IMG/VR virus record: IMGVR_UViG_3300032294_001909
Span: 1 to 62,170 of that record
Length of the DNA: 62,170 bases
Strand: one strand, 5' to 3'
From: a virus
Taxonomy: Duplodnaviria > Caudoviricetes
Part shown: positions 25,272-34,849 of the stretch, one piece after another
Numbering within the stretch: position 1 is the stretch's first letter
How the letters are laid out: every line of letters begins with the position of its first letter
Notes under the pieces: model-generated
Told to the model about the DNA's origin: nothing
The model's input: the letters and a program-made list of their open reading frames with translations, nothing else
The model's database searches: none
Made by a program: the position numbers and the translations under genes

Positions 25272-25567
25272 TATTACCGATCAAAAGTAAAGTGGTTTGG
25301 AAACGATTTATGGAAGAAAACAGACCATTGATATACAAGTTTGTTCTTAAAGAAATTAAGAAGAACTTAACCTCTTCAGCGGAAAAGATTGATTTATTTA
25401 AGTGTGAAGATGGTTCTAGGTATACTTGGATACAAAAAAAAGAAATTCCGGTTGTTTTGAATGAAGCGGTTAACGTTTTTATAAAAACAGAAGAATATGA
25501 GTACGCCAAAAAAGCAGACGATTTATTAAAACAATATTATATACACAAGCTACTTAGCGAAATTTGA
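25265..25567 (+). CDS. hypothetical protein
   Basis: GAGG RBS. Confidence 0.7.
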   Translation: MLVLPIKSKVVWKRFMEENRPLIYKFVLKEIKKNLTSSAEKIDLFKCEDGSRYTWIQKKEIPVVLNEAVNVFIKTEEYEYAKKADDLLKQYYIHKLLSEI

Positions 25568-25585
25568 GAATATGAGGTTTGACAT

Positions 25586-26104
25586 ATGGGATTTGAAACA
25601 ACTAGATGCGTTGTTCTAAATTCTACATACGAGCCAATATCTATCATAACATCTAAACGAGCATTACTTCTGATACTTGAAGGTAAGGCAGTTGTGGTAG
25701 AAGAGCATCCGTATCTAGAAATTAGATCTCCTAGCGTAACATTTAAAGTGCCCGTTATGGTTGCATTAAAAGTGTTCGTTAAGGCTAGAAAGATTTTTAG
25801 AACAAAGGCTGCTCTTACGCAAAAAAATCTGTTTATCAGAGACAATTATACGTGTCAATACTGTGATCGTCATAGATCTGAGCTTAGAAGTTTTGAGTTT
25901 TTGACTCGCGATCACATCATCCCTGAATCAAAGGGTGGAAAAAATACGTGGGAAAACTTGGTTACTGCTTGTTCAACGTGTAATAATAAAAAGGCAGATC
26001 ATTTCTTGGCAGATGTAACTATGAAATTGATAAAAGAACCAACTATTCCCACTTTATTTGAACTTTGGATGAAGCACAATAGCAAAAAATTACCAAATTT
26101 TTAA
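25586..26104 (+). CDS. HNH endonuclease
   Basis: RDNYTCQYC, DHIIPESKGG..WENLVTACSTCN. Confidence 0.9.
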   Translation: MGFETTRCVVLNSTYEPISIITSKRALLLILEGKAVVVEEHPYLEIRSPSVTFKVPVMVALKVFVKARKIFRTKAALTQKNLFIRDNYTCQYCDRHRSELRSFEFLTRDHIIPESKGGKNTWENLVTACSTCNNKKADHFLADVTMKLIKEPTIPTLFELWMKHNSKKLPNF

Positions 26105-26114
26105 AGAGGTTATT

Positions 26115-26750
26115 ATGTTTACATTAGACGAAAAGGCAGTTGCGACTGAAACCACCGAGGCATACAATAAGTTTCTAGCATATATTGCTTCCGATAGTAG
26201 GGCGGATGCTCTTAATGTCATGTATACCAAGCTACATGATCAGTTGATAACCGCACCTGCCTCCAGCAGAACGTATTTTCATAATTGTTTCCCCGGCGGA
26301 TACATTGATCATATTGTTCGTGTCGCTGAACTTGCTTTGAAGCTGGCAGCCACGTTTAAATCTGGTGGTGCTAACATTACGTTTACGAAAGAAGAATTGA
26401 TTTTCTCTGCACTTCATCACGACCTTGGAAAACTTGGGGACGGAACTGATCCATATTACCTAGACCAAGATTCGGAGTGGCACCGTAAGCGTGGCGAGCT
26501 TTACAAGATAAACGAAAATATTCAATATTTTAAGGTACCGGAACGTGGATTGCTACTGCTTCAACAGCACGGGATTACGGTCACCGAACAAGAGTGGCTT
26601 TCCATAAAGCTGTCCGATGGCTTATATTGCGAAGGAAATTCTTCATATCTTAAGAACAATGGTATGAAAACGGATCTTCCTTACATAATTCATTGGGCCG
26701 ATAACATGGCAACGAGAATAGAAAAACATAAGAATTCTATTACTTTTTAA
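26115..26750 (+). CDS. HD-domain hydrolase
   Basis: GGYIDH...HHDLGK...HWAD. Confidence 0.85.
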   Translation: MFTLDEKAVATETTEAYNKFLAYIASDSRADALNVMYTKLHDQLITAPASSRTYFHNCFPGGYIDHIVRVAELALKLAATFKSGGANITFTKEELIFSALHHDLGKLGDGTDPYYLDQDSEWHRKRGELYKINENIQYFKVPERGLLLLQQHGITVTEQEWLSIKLSDGLYCEGNSSYLKNNGMKTDLPYIIHWADNMATRIEKHKNSITF

Positions 26751-26838
26751 TATTTATACGATAGATGGGGATGTCTTCGGAGTCCCTGAAATCGTCACCT
26801 AATAGTAGGGACGATACTTTAAAACAAGGAGAATTTAT

Positions 26839-27339
26839 ATGACAAAGTGGGTAACACACCGAGTACCAGCATCTGTGCTGGCAAAAGAACTAGAATTCAA
26901 TCGCGACAGTTTACTGAATTCATTCGACAAAATACTTGACGATGCGTTTAGAGGAGTCAACCCAGATCTGTACAAAGCATTTGGAATTGATCCATTTAGT
27001 AAGTCTGCGTATCCAAAGGTTAACGTGCTTTCATTTGATAACAGAATTGAAATTGAAGCGGAAATTGCCGGTTATACCAAGGAAGATATTTCCGTCCAAA
27101 TTGAAGAACATGTGTTAAGTATTGTAGGAAAGGCGTCTCAGTTGAACGAGCAAACTGATAAATCTGTTTATCTACTACGTGAACTGAAGCGATCTTCATT
27201 CAGTCGTTCATTTACGCTCAGTGATCAATTAGATGCCAGCAACATCGACGCTACTTTTAAGGATGGTTTACTAAAGCTTGTAATTCCACGGAAAGTAAAG
27301 ACTCCAGAAAGTAAAGTCAACAAAGTAGTAATCAAATAA
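26839..27339 (+). CDS. small heat shock protein (Hsp20)
   Basis: YPKVN, FSRSFTL and ATFKDGLLKLVIP motifs. Confidence 0.9.
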   Translation: MTKWVTHRVPASVLAKELEFNRDSLLNSFDKILDDAFRGVNPDLYKAFGIDPFSKSAYPKVNVLSFDNRIEIEAEIAGYTKEDISVQIEEHVLSIVGKASQLNEQTDKSVYLLRELKRSSFSRSFTLSDQLDASNIDATFKDGLLKLVIPRKVKTPESKVNKVVIK

Positions 27340-27487
27340 ATAACCATTAAAGTGGAGGGTTGAAAATGTGTAATGAATGCATTTTGTGTGGTTGTGGGAA
27401 ACTTTATTGTAACGTAACTGCTAACTAACCGAGGAGGTGATCTTAACAGTTACGTCCCGCTAAAACCCTTAAAAATACGGAGAAACG

Positions 27488-27517
27488 TGCGACTGAAGGG
27501 TTCTTCAGTCGCATTTT
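27488..27517 (+). terminator. intrinsic terminator
   Basis: TGCGACTGAAG/CTTCAGTCGCA followed by TTTT. Confidence 0.8.
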
Positions 27518-27529
27518 CTTAATGAACAT

Positions 27530-28540
27530 ATGAATAAAAAAACTTCTTTAATACTATTAACGACTATAACTTCTACATTCGTTGCACTATGCGCGGCAGT
27601 ATTTTCTATATCCGGCATAGCAAAATTATTTTCTGGGGCAGCGCTTGCAACCGGAATAATGGCATCCGCCTTAGAATTAGGAAAATTGGTTAGTATTTCT
27701 TTTTTGTATCAATACTGGAAACTTATTCCAAAAGCACTTAAAGTATACCTATCTACCGCTAGTTTAATCTTGATGTTGATAACTTCTGCTGGTATTTATG
27801 GGTATTTGTCCGCTGCATACGCTACCGTTGCAGCGGATCCGTTGAAAAAAACAGCAGATATACAAACCGCAGAAGTTAAACTTGTCACGATAGAACAAGA
27901 TATACAGAGAAAAAACGACCGGTTAAATCAGCTTATAGCTCTTAGAACTCAACAAGAAAACCGAGTTGATGCGCTGATTAGTAAAAGTCAGTCTGGAAAT
28001 TCCTCTGCTATCAGAACGGCACAAAGTAGCTTGGCTATAGCTGACAATAATGTAAAAGACATTCAAAAAGAACTTTCGCAGTTATCCGAAATACGAGACA
28101 GTTTGAACTCCATAAAAATAGCGAAGCAAGTTGAAATAGAAACAAATGGAGATGTTGGTACGTTTATTTATATTGCAAAAACACTAAATACTAGTTTGGA
28201 CGTAGTTGTAAAATGGTTTATATTGATTATAGTGTTGGTGTTTGATCCACTGGCAATCGCTTTAGTCCTAGCAGTTAATTTCTTGTTGAAATTAAAAAAC
28301 GATGATCCCGCCCCGGTAGTAGACCTCCCGAAGCCAACAGAATCGTTAGGCGAACCGTTTGAAATATACAAAGAACCAGCAGTGGAAGAAGAACCGCAGG
28401 TTTCATACATAACACCCAGCGACCCACAATATTTTGCCAGAGGAGATTTTGATTGGCGAAATAAAGCGCTGTGGGAAAATAATCCGGCGGCGGTTAAATA
28501 TTATAACGAGCGGATGAAACATATCATAGAGGGAACTTGA
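27530..28540 (+). CDS. membrane protein with coiled coil
   Basis: three N-terminal TMs, coiled coil, VFDPLA TM. Confidence 0.8.
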   Translation: MNKKTSLILLTTITSTFVALCAAVFSISGIAKLFSGAALATGIMASALELGKLVSISFLYQYWKLIPKALKVYLSTASLILMLITSAGIYGYLSAAYATVAADPLKKTADIQTAEVKLVTIEQDIQRKNDRLNQLIALRTQQENRVDALISKSQSGNSSAIRTAQSSLAIADNNVKDIQKELSQLSEIRDSLNSIKIAKQVEIETNGDVGTFIYIAKTLNTSLDVVVKWFILIIVLVFDPLAIALVLAVNFLLKLKNDDPAPVVDLPKPTESLGEPFEIYKEPAVEEEPQVSYITPSDPQYFARGDFDWRNKALWENNPAAVKYYNERMKHIIEGT

Positions 28541-28590
28541 CATATAACGTACCTCGTTATATATTTAGGAAACCACTACAACGAGGTTAT

Positions 28591-29481
28591 ATGCCGCATC
28601 GGATTGGATATTGCTGTATTAACAATACGCTAGCCGCAAAAGGTATTACTACCAACCGTGGTATGATTTTGCGCACGTTTCAAGAACGTGGTATACAGTA
28701 TGCATCGGAACTTGCCTTGCAAAACGTAAAAGACTTGTGCTCCATTATTAAATGGAACGCAGAGAATAATATTTTTGCATTTCGTATGTCATCGAACTTG
28801 TTTCCGTGGAACAGTAAATATAATCTGTGCGATCTACCAGATTACGATGAAATTGTAAAGTATCTACAGCTAGCAGGAAGTTTGGCTACACAATCAAATC
28901 AGCGCATCACCGCACATCCAGACCATTTTGTCAAGCTCGGATCCACAAAACCAGACGTAGTTAATAACGCAATTCACGACCTCGAACATCATTCTGAAGT
29001 CTTTGATTTGATGGGACTATCCGCGTCTCATTACAATTGCCTAAACATTCACGTAGGCATGAACTACAACGAAGATACTATTAATCGCTGGCTTCATGCG
29101 TTTGACCGACTGTCTGATAATTGCAAGAAGCGTCTCGTTGTAGAGAATGACGACAAAGCATCTGCGTTTTCTGTGCAGCAACTATATGATAAGATTTACA
29201 AGCAAGCTCACGTTCCAATCACGTTTGATTACTTCCACCATCAGTTCCATCCAGACGATCTTACCACAAAAGAAGCCGCTGCTCTTGCAGTTTTTACTTG
29301 GGATACTCTGCCCCTGTTTCATTATAGCGAATCCAAAAATCTCAACGAAAATGTCTCTGGTAATCCTCGGGCACATGCGGATTATGTGTTTAATAAAATT
29401 GACGACTATGGGATGCGATTCGACGTTGATCTAGAGGCAAAAGCAAAAGAACTGGCACTCTTTAAATATCGGGAATTGTAA
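28591..29481 (+). CDS. uvsE: UV damage endonuclease UvsE/UVDE
   Basis: IGYCCIN, FRMSS, HPDHF, ENDDK, HYSES and EAKAKE motifs; promoter TTGACA-17-TATATT at 28538. Confidence 0.9.
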   Translation: MPHRIGYCCINNTLAAKGITTNRGMILRTFQERGIQYASELALQNVKDLCSIIKWNAENNIFAFRMSSNLFPWNSKYNLCDLPDYDEIVKYLQLAGSLATQSNQRITAHPDHFVKLGSTKPDVVNNAIHDLEHHSEVFDLMGLSASHYNCLNIHVGMNYNEDTINRWLHAFDRLSDNCKKRLVVENDDKASAFSVQQLYDKIYKQAHVPITFDYFHHQFHPDDLTTKEAAALAVFTWDTLPLFHYSESKNLNENVSGNPRAHADYVFNKIDDYGMRFDVDLEAKAKELALFKYREL

Positions 29482-29483
29482 TA

Positions 29484-29936
29484 ATGGGCGTTTGGACAAC
29501 ATTTAGCGGGTTATATACGCACTCGGCGCGGTATGGAATCATTAAAGGACAAATCTGGGCACCAAGGGAACCAAATGGTTATCCCAATAATGAAATCATT
29601 GGAATAACAGTTAGTGGGTATGTTATTTTTGATAGAAGCGAAAATAAACTGATTCTTCCGGGAAAGATGTATGTTCGAAACTTTCTTGAACAATACAAAC
29701 TAACACAGCCGGTCATACTAAAAGCACATATTCAACACGGAGGTACACGGGTTCAGATATTCCGTGAAAAAGAGGGAGTGATGGTAGCACGTGGTCATAT
29801 AAAAGACAACTACGAGTGGAACCGATGCAACTGCAAGTGCCATCATATTGAAGGAGTAATACACGTTATTGATTGTTGCGAAGGAGTCTATAAGCTATAT
29901 CCGTGGGCAAGGCAAAAAAATAAGGAGAACACATGA
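29484..29936 (+). CDS. hypothetical protein
   Basis: 150-aa ORF. Confidence 0.6.
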   Translation: MGVWTTFSGLYTHSARYGIIKGQIWAPREPNGYPNNEIIGITVSGYVIFDRSENKLILPGKMYVRNFLEQYKLTQPVILKAHIQHGGTRVQIFREKEGVMVARGHIKDNYEWNRCNCKCHHIEGVIHVIDCCEGVYKLYPWARQKNKENT

Positions 29937-31237
29937 TTTTTGGTACACACGACGAAAAGACACTAGCTCAGTTCGAGGATGTTAAGAGTCGAGCAGTTAG
30001 AGCGGCACTTATGGCTGATGGGCATATGGGTTATATTATGCCTATTGGTGGCGTTGCTGCCTATGACAACATGGTATCCGTAGCCGGTGTTGGGTTTGAT
30101 ATTGCGTGTGGTAACGCCGCAATTCGAACCGATGCGAAGATTTCGGATTTTGATACCCGTGAATTGAACCGTGTAGCGAACGATATTCAGTCAATGATTT
30201 CGTTCGGCGTTGGTCGTAGTAACAAGGCCAAGGACGCACCTACTGACCACGAACTTTTTAGTTCCGATGCGTGGGACGTTCTAAAGGACGTAACGGGTAA
30301 GGGACAGGCGCACGTGATACTGAAGGCTAAGGCTCGTGAGCAGTTGGGAACGGTCGGCAGTGGAAACCATTACGTTGACGTATTCGTTGACCGTAAGGAT
30401 GGTCATTTGTGGGTCGGTGTTCACTTTGGTTCCCGTGGACTTGGTCACAGTATCGCTTCTGGGTTCATGGCTCTTTCCCAGAACAAGTCTTGGGACGAGA
30501 AGGTTCAGGAAGTCGAGGCTCTTCTTTCTCTTGACTCTGATTTGGGTAAGGCGTATTGGGAGTTGATGACTCTTGCCGGTGAGTATGCCTATGTTGGCCG
30601 TGAATGGGTTGCACGAACTGTTGTGGGAATCTTGGGCGGTAAGGAGTTGGACTTGGTTCATAACCATCACAACTTTGCGTGGAAGGAAAAGCACTTTGGT
30701 CAGGAACTTGTTGTAGTCCGTAAGGGCGCAACTCCTGCGTTTCCGGGGCAACGTGGATTCGTTGGTGGTTCTATGGGTGATGATGCTGTCATCTTGGAAG
30801 GAATCTCTTTAGGAGTTTTTCATGAAAGAACGGGTTCACCAAACATTACTGTTGATTGGAACAATAATGCGGTGGTTTGCATCAACGCTGCACGGACTGA
30901 ATCTCTATACTCCACCGTCCACGGCGCCGGTCGTGTAATGTCCAGAACGGAAGCAGCAGGTAAGCGCGACCGTAAGACTGGTCAACTAAAGCTGGACAAG
31001 GAAACCGGACTACCAGTAAAGCCGGGGAAAGTAACACCGGATATGATGAACAACTGGATTTCTGATAAGGGTGTTATTCTCCGAGGCGGTGGACTAGACG
31101 AATCGCCACACGCATATCGTCGCCTACCTGACGTATTGACAGCGCAAGGTGATACTGTTACTGTACTACACACACTTCGTCCTTTGATTGTTGTGATGGC
31201 TGGTGCAAATGAATTTGATCCGTACAAAGACGGTTAG
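29933..31237 (+). CDS. rtcB: RtcB RNA 3'-phosphate ligase
   Basis: DIACG, GSGNHY, HFGSRG, HNHHN, RKGAT, HGAGR and DESPHAY motifs. Confidence 0.95.
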   Translation: MIFGTHDEKTLAQFEDVKSRAVRAALMADGHMGYIMPIGGVAAYDNMVSVAGVGFDIACGNAAIRTDAKISDFDTRELNRVANDIQSMISFGVGRSNKAKDAPTDHELFSSDAWDVLKDVTGKGQAHVILKAKAREQLGTVGSGNHYVDVFVDRKDGHLWVGVHFGSRGLGHSIASGFMALSQNKSWDEKVQEVEALLSLDSDLGKAYWELMTLAGEYAYVGREWVARTVVGILGGKELDLVHNHHNFAWKEKHFGQELVVVRKGATPAFPGQRGFVGGSMGDDAVILEGISLGVFHERTGSPNITVDWNNNAVVCINAARTESLYSTVHGAGRVMSRTEAAGKRDRKTGQLKLDKETGLPVKPGKVTPDMMNNWISDKGVILRGGGLDESPHAYRRLPDVLTAQGDTVTVLHTLRPLIVVMAGANEFDPYKDG

Positions 31238-31294
31238 TGTTTGAGTGTGACCTGTACTATTTATTAGTATGGGTCACACTCAACGGAGTCGGGT

Positions 31295-32152
31295 ATGAAA
31301 TGTTTAGCATGTAATAAAGAAGTGCGCAGTATAAATTATGTACATTTAAAATATTGTTCTGGATTAACGGTTAGTGAATACAAAGAAAAATATTCCACTT
31401 CTGATTTAATGGACGATGATGTAAAAATTGCATGCGCACATCATGGTGTAGATAACTCATCATGGGTTGCGGAAAAGCATAACAAATCATCATGGAAGAG
31501 AACTTGTCAATGCGGTAGAATTGTAGTTCATAGATCGTATGAAGCTTATCTACGATCAAAAAAAATAAATACTTGTACAAAATGTATTGTGCGTGATCAT
31601 TGGATAGGTAAATTGCATTCAGTAGAATCTAAAAGTAGAATTAGTCTTGCCAACAAAGGAAAAGATTATAATAAATCTAGATTGGGTGTGCGTGAATCAG
31701 AAGAAACTCGTAGACGAAAAAGTATAGCATTGAAAGGTAATAAATCTTGGTTAGGAAGAAAACACTCTGATTCAACTCGACAGAAAATGAGTGAAGCTAG
31801 AGCAAAATTGCTCTTACAAAGATTTGGTGAAGAGCATCAAATTTCACCGTGGTATAATAAAACAGCTTGTGCTTTGTTTGAAACAATAAACAAGTTTTTT
31901 GGTTGGAATGGACAACATGCTGAAAATGGTGGTGAGTTTTATATTGGTGGTTATTGGCTTGATTATTATGAACCGTTTCAAAATATAGTAATTGAGTTTG
32001 ATGAACCTAGACATGACATACCATCTGTAAAAGAAAAAGATTTAATCAAACAAAAGTATGTAACTGAGCAATTAAAGTGTAAGTTTATTCGTATTAAACA
32101 AATTGAACAAGATAATTGGAAAGCCACGATACAACGAGAACTAATCATATGA
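31295..32152 (+). CDS. putative homing endonuclease with NUMOD3 repeats
   Basis: HSVESKSRIS and HSDSTRQKMS repeats; C-terminal D..IEFDE..H nuclease. Confidence 0.75.
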   Translation: MKCLACNKEVRSINYVHLKYCSGLTVSEYKEKYSTSDLMDDDVKIACAHHGVDNSSWVAEKHNKSSWKRTCQCGRIVVHRSYEAYLRSKKINTCTKCIVRDHWIGKLHSVESKSRISLANKGKDYNKSRLGVRESEETRRRKSIALKGNKSWLGRKHSDSTRQKMSEARAKLLLQRFGEEHQISPWYNKTACALFETINKFFGWNGQHAENGGEFYIGGYWLDYYEPFQNIVIEFDEPRHDIPSVKEKDLIKQKYVTEQLKCKFIRIKQIEQDNWKATIQRELII

Positions 32153-32769
32153 TATCATTTGGAATTACTACACATAATGAAGGTGTATATATTCAAGAGC
32201 TACTAGATCAACTCGTTCCATACTGCGAGGAATCTGGTGACGAGATCGTGGTTGTTGATGATTTTTCCACCGATCCGTATACAATTAATCTGTTAGAAGG
32301 ATATGAACGTGATGGTCTTATCAAACTTCACCAACACGCTCTTAACAAAGATTTTGCTGCCCACAAAAACTTTCTGTCGGAGCGGTGTGCCGGAGATTAT
32401 ATTTTTCAAGTTGACGCCGACGAAACGTTTCATCCAAATCTACTAACCTACTTACATGACATTGTAGATAACAATACAGAAATTGATCTATTTCTCATTC
32501 CCCGTGTCAACGTAGTTAATGGATTAACTAATGAAGATATTCGTCGGTGGGGATGGCAGGTAAATGATAAAGGGTGGGTAATGTTTCCGGACTATCAGAC
32601 AAGACTTTACCGTAATCACGTAGACATCCGGTGGGAAGGAAAAGTTCATGAACGGATTGTTGGACACAAAACAATAGCCCCACTTCCAGCAGAAGAAGAG
32701 TGGTCCCTTTATCACATCAAGGAAATAGAACGCCAAAGGAAGCAAAATGAATTCTACGGAACTATTTGA
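32149..32769 (+). CDS. glycosyltransferase family 2
   Basis: VVDDFSTD, VDADE and VHE motifs. Confidence 0.88.
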   Translation: MISFGITTHNEGVYIQELLDQLVPYCEESGDEIVVVDDFSTDPYTINLLEGYERDGLIKLHQHALNKDFAAHKNFLSERCAGDYIFQVDADETFHPNLLTYLHDIVDNNTEIDLFLIPRVNVVNGLTNEDIRRWGWQVNDKGWVMFPDYQTRLYRNHVDIRWEGKVHERIVGHKTIAPLPAEEEWSLYHIKEIERQRKQNEFYGTI

Positions 32770-32901
32770 TACGGGCAGTCTTGAACATCAAATGATCAGT
32801 ATGTCTAACGCCACATATTTGGCGTCAAAGAAAATCCCACAACTCAGTTATATATCAGTAAAACTAGATGGTAAGTGGGTAACATTCGAGGATAACAAAC
32901 C

Positions 32902-33426
32902 ATGAAAAAATTTATTACATTATTTATACTGTTAGTGGTAGCAACAAAAACAACGGAACGCTTGCCTGATGTAAAATTGACACCAATCCCGATGTCAGAA
33001 CCAACTCAGGTAGAAAAATTTATGAAAAGAATTGCTATCATTGAAAGCGATAATAACCATCGCGTTGTAAATGAATTCGGTATGATGGGAAAGTATCAAT
33101 TTAGCCCATCTACGGTTAGAGTATTAGGATTTAAAATTTCTAAGAAGGAATTCCTAGACAACCCCCGCCTACAGGACACGGTTATGTTGGCATATATGAA
33201 GGCCAACCAGCAAGATCTTCGCCCTCTTATAAAGAAATATAACGGTAAGGTAGTTAATGGGGTAAAGATAACCCGTGCTGGTATTTTGGCGGGAGCGCAT
33301 TTTGCTGGGTCTGGAAATCTTGTGGCGTTTTTTAACTCATCCGGTGAAGGCATTTCCGATGCCAGAGGAACAACGGTTAAAAAGTATATGTCATATTTTA
33401 GTAACTTCTACCTACCAGAGATTTAA
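32902..33426 (+). CDS. lysozyme-like/transglycosylase protein with an N-terminal signal
   Basis: IES...GKYQF. Confidence 0.6.
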   Translation: MKKFITLFILLVVATKTTERLPDVKLTPIPMSEPTQVEKFMKRIAIIESDNNHRVVNEFGMMGKYQFSPSTVRVLGFKISKKEFLDNPRLQDTVMLAYMKANQQDLRPLIKKYNGKVVNGVKITRAGILAGAHFAGSGNLVAFFNSSGEGISDARGTTVKKYMSYFSNFYLPEI

Positions 33427-33428
33427 TC

Positions 33429-33716
33429 ATGGTTTATTTTTTAATACTATTAAATATTATATTAATTATTTATGCAATAGGATCTGCTATTGTAATTACT
33501 AAACTTTTTAAACAACAAGATTTATATGAAACTACTATCACGGAATTTTATTCCTCCGTTAGCATAGTGTTACACACCATGCGAACATTGGATAACAAAA
33601 AAATGTTTGAAACCGACGACGAAGTTGGATATGTATTTTCTCAATTAGTGGAAGTACTATCCATGCTTCGTCCTATACTTTATGGACCGGAGCCTGATGA
33701 AGAAGAAAAAAACTGA
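33429..33716 (+). CDS. membrane-anchored hypothetical protein
   Basis: N-terminal TM. Confidence 0.7.
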   Translation: MVYFLILLNIILIIYAIGSAIVITKLFKQQDLYETTITEFYSSVSIVLHTMRTLDNKKMFETDDEVGYVFSQLVEVLSMLRPILYGPEPDEEEKN

Positions 33717-34428
33717 TTTAGAAATACGAAGAGCCAAGCTAGGCAAAATATATTGGACCAGTGATACTGAAATGGCGATTGTAGAGTTTAATAACTCAAA
33801 TGACTTAGATGAGCGAGAAACGATATTTAGAGAACGAATACACCCTGCAATAGATAAACTAGCGGAAAACATAATAAACCGATTTAAGTTTCCTTATATA
33901 GACGGTACATTTGATGATATTAAAAATCAAGTGGTATCGTTTCTTGTGTTAAATTTACACAAATATACGCAAAATAAAGGAAAAGCATTCTCTTATTTTT
34001 CTGTTGTTGCCAAAAATTATTTAGTTTTAAATAATAACAATTCGTACCGAGATGAACTTAGATCCTCGCCTATCTTAGAAACCTCATCCGATGAAACATT
34101 TTTGTTGGACGAAATTCTTACCACCAAACCAGACATAGAATCTTCTCATAAAGATACTAGTGAATTCATTTCTTTATTGATAGACTATTGGGATACAAAT
34201 TTAGACGTAATTTTTAAGAAAAAACGAGATAAAGAGATAGCCAATGCGGTGGTAGAACTAATGCGTAGAGCAAATACCATTGAAAATTTCAATAAAAAAG
34301 CTCTGTATGTGTTAATACGAGAAATGACAAACAATAAAACCGTTCATATTACCAAAGTAATAAATAAAATGAAAGTTCATGTTATTAGACACGTACAAGA
34401 ATTTAGAAAAACGGGAATTATTCAATAA
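33697..34428 (+). CDS. putative late sigma factor (gp55-like region 2)
   Basis: KLAENII, KY...KGKAFSYFSVVAKNYL; lies ahead of the structural module. Confidence 0.55.
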   Translation: MKKKKTDLEIRRAKLGKIYWTSDTEMAIVEFNNSNDLDERETIFRERIHPAIDKLAENIINRFKFPYIDGTFDDIKNQVVSFLVLNLHKYTQNKGKAFSYFSVVAKNYLVLNNNNSYRDELRSSPILETSSDETFLLDEILTTKPDIESSHKDTSEFISLLIDYWDTNLDVIFKKKRDKEIANAVVELMRRANTIENFNKKALYVLIREMTNNKTVHITKVINKMKVHVIRHVQEFRKTGIIQ

Positions 34429-34464
34429 TATCTATTTATAATGTAGATCTTCAGGAGATTTATA

Positions 34465-34848
34465 ATGAGCATGGAAGCAGTAATATTTGAAGGGAAAACT
34501 TTAGCGGATATGTTTTCTGACGTATACCGAAATACTAGTTCTAAGAGAGATCAAATAAACCAGTACGTGTCTAGTATGGTAAAGCTTATACGAACACCCG
34601 AAGACGCTACTATAATTGGTCCTATTATAAAAGACTTTCTAGAAGTAAATGTAAAGAATGATGAGCATATCGTACGATTGGTACAAATTGCTCAGCGTAT
34701 TGTATCTGTAGGTAATAAATCAGAGTCGGATGGCATTTTATCTGAACAAGAAAAGGAACAGTTATTAAAAAATATAAAAACCGAGTTTGAAACTGTTATT
34801 GCAGAACAGGATGAGTTTCAAACAACAATTAACAGCTTGAAGAAGTAA
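34465..34848 (+). CDS. hypothetical protein
   Basis: AGGAG RBS, TATTTATA upstream. Confidence 0.8.
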   Translation: MSMEAVIFEGKTLADMFSDVYRNTSSKRDQINQYVSSMVKLIRTPEDATIIGPIIKDFLEVNVKNDEHIVRLVQIAQRIVSVGNKSESDGILSEQEKEQLLKNIKTEFETVIAEQDEFQTTINSLKK

Positions 34849-34849
34849 T

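Noticed and set aside
26767-26816. RNA thermometer before hsp20
   Set aside because: Two hairpins exist, but the AGGAG RBS lies outside them
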